DNA of 36,582 nt from Myxococcales bacterium (lineage in GTDB: Bacteria > Myxococcota_A > UBA9042). Positions 35,970-36,582 of this stretch are shown here, piece by piece. The notes beneath the pieces were generated by a model. It had not been told where the DNA came from, searched no databases, and saw only the letters and a list, made by a program, of their open reading frames with translations. Every line of letters begins with the position of its first letter. Within the stretch, counting starts at the first letter, position 1. The DNA lies in NCBI GenBank assembly GCA_037441385.1, contig JBBISH010000061.1:1-36582 (forward strand), in the 5' to 3' direction. Both the position numbers and the translations under genes were made by a program.

Positions 35970-36015
35970 GGGAACCTCTTGGCGCGGCCGTAGCCAACGA
36001 AATGGGCCGGGCCCC

Positions 36016-36044
36016 ATTGTGCGCAACTGGACCGGCGTATGCAA
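36016..36044 (-). promoter_or_regulatory. Putative uvrB promoter TTGCAT-N17-CACAAT
   Basis: -35 at 36039-36044 and -10 at 36016-36021, read on the minus strand. Confidence 0.45.
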
Positions 36045-36088
36045 GTTCATCGTAATATTGACCACTTATGTCCACAGGGAAAAAACGG

Positions 36089-36116
36089 TTGACACCCCGC
36101 CCCACTGCAATATGCT
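36089..36116 (+). promoter_or_regulatory. Sigma70 promoter TTGACA-N16-TATGCT with upstream A-tract
   Basis: Perfect -35 at 36089-36094, -10 at 36111-36116, A6 run just upstream (UP-element-like). Confidence 0.7.
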
Positions 36117-36128
36117 TTTGCTGACTTG

Positions 36129-36300
36129 CGGGGGCTACAGCCGAGCGCGTCGGTGCCGCACGGTGGATGCCCCAGAGGAGACAGGCAGCGGAGAGCGGTT
36201 CGTGAACCTGCACTGCGGGCAACTGCAGCGACAGGCAATGCTCGGGACACGGCCCCGGATGATCCGGGACGATGACCAGCGCAAACCTCCGTAGTGCCCG
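36129..36300 (+). ncRNA. Candidate structured leader RNA / ncRNA
   Basis: Ends pair (CGGGGGCTAC / GTAGTGCCCG) and enclose at least four hairpins. It lies between the promoter and the RBS. No known family recognised. Confidence 0.35.
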
Positions 36301-36315
36301 GAACAGGAGAGAAAG

Positions 36316-36582
36316 ATGCGTCTGAATCGTCTGATGGTTGCCGTGTTGGCGCTGGGTCTGTCGGCTAGCGTGATGGGCTGCGAGAAGAAGCCGGCCGAAC
36401 CCCCGAAGACCGAGGGTGCGGCTGCTGAGCCCAAGAAGGACGAAGCCAAGCCGGAAGAGAAGAAGGAAGAGCCCAAGAAGGAAGAGCCCAAGGCCGCTGA
36501 GCCCGCCAAGGCTCCGGAAGCCGCTCCGGCTCCGGCCCCCGGCGCTGCCCCCGCGGCTGCTCCGGCCCCTGGCGCCGCCCCC
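36316..36582 (+). CDS. Lys/Glu/Pro/Ala-rich lipoprotein, truncated by the window end
   Basis: AGGAG RBS. MRLNRLMVAVLALGLSASVMG-C-EKKPAEPPK...: lipobox followed by a low-complexity tail. Absent from the ORF track because it has no stop in the window. Confidence 0.85.
   Translation, partial: MRLNRLMVAVLALGLSASVMGCEKKPAEPPKTEGAAAEPKKDEAKPEEKKEEPKKEEPKAAEPAKAPEAAPAPAPGAAPAAAPAPGAAP

Noticed and set aside
36066..36077. DnaA box (ATGTCCACA)
   Set aside because: Two mismatches to TTATCCACA, single copy, no origin context.
36275..36300. c-di-GMP-I riboswitch (GCGCAAACCTCCG resembles part of the consensus)
   Set aside because: The P2 GAAA hairpin and downstream pairing partner are missing.

Overview
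GC-rich chromosomal window, most likely from a Myxococcota/deltaproteobacterial genome. That assignment is inferred from a eukaryotic-like Ser/Thr kinase, an FHA-GGDEF protein, two AgmX/PglI(GltG)-like TonB-type proteins, many Cys-rich lipoproteins and a ribH-nusB-M17N cluster. About 32 CDS. Housekeeping genes: cdd, punA, grpE, coaE, ribH, nusB, pgsA, dsbD-like, rpmE, speE, 2-oxoacid dehydrogenase E1beta/E2, uvrB. These are interleaved with uncharacterised envelope proteins. No rRNA, tRNA, CRISPR array, integrase or transposase was seen. The best leads are: (i) a translationally coupled BPI/LBP(TULIP)-like lipoprotein and Cys-rich lipoprotein pair in a probable 9-kb operon with a GltG-like gene and an FHA-diguanylate cyclase; (ii) a lipoprotein with a CHAT/caspase-like pattern lacking both catalytic residues; (iii) a CTAG-bounded MITE-like element with nested inverted repeats at 3920-4126; (iv) a ~170-nt structured leader/ncRNA candidate at 36129-36300; (v) an AT-rich motif repeated at the uvrB 3' end and inverted at its promoter; (vi) tandem duplications of gene 3' ends. 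All product calls are from motif recognition by eye; no searches were run.
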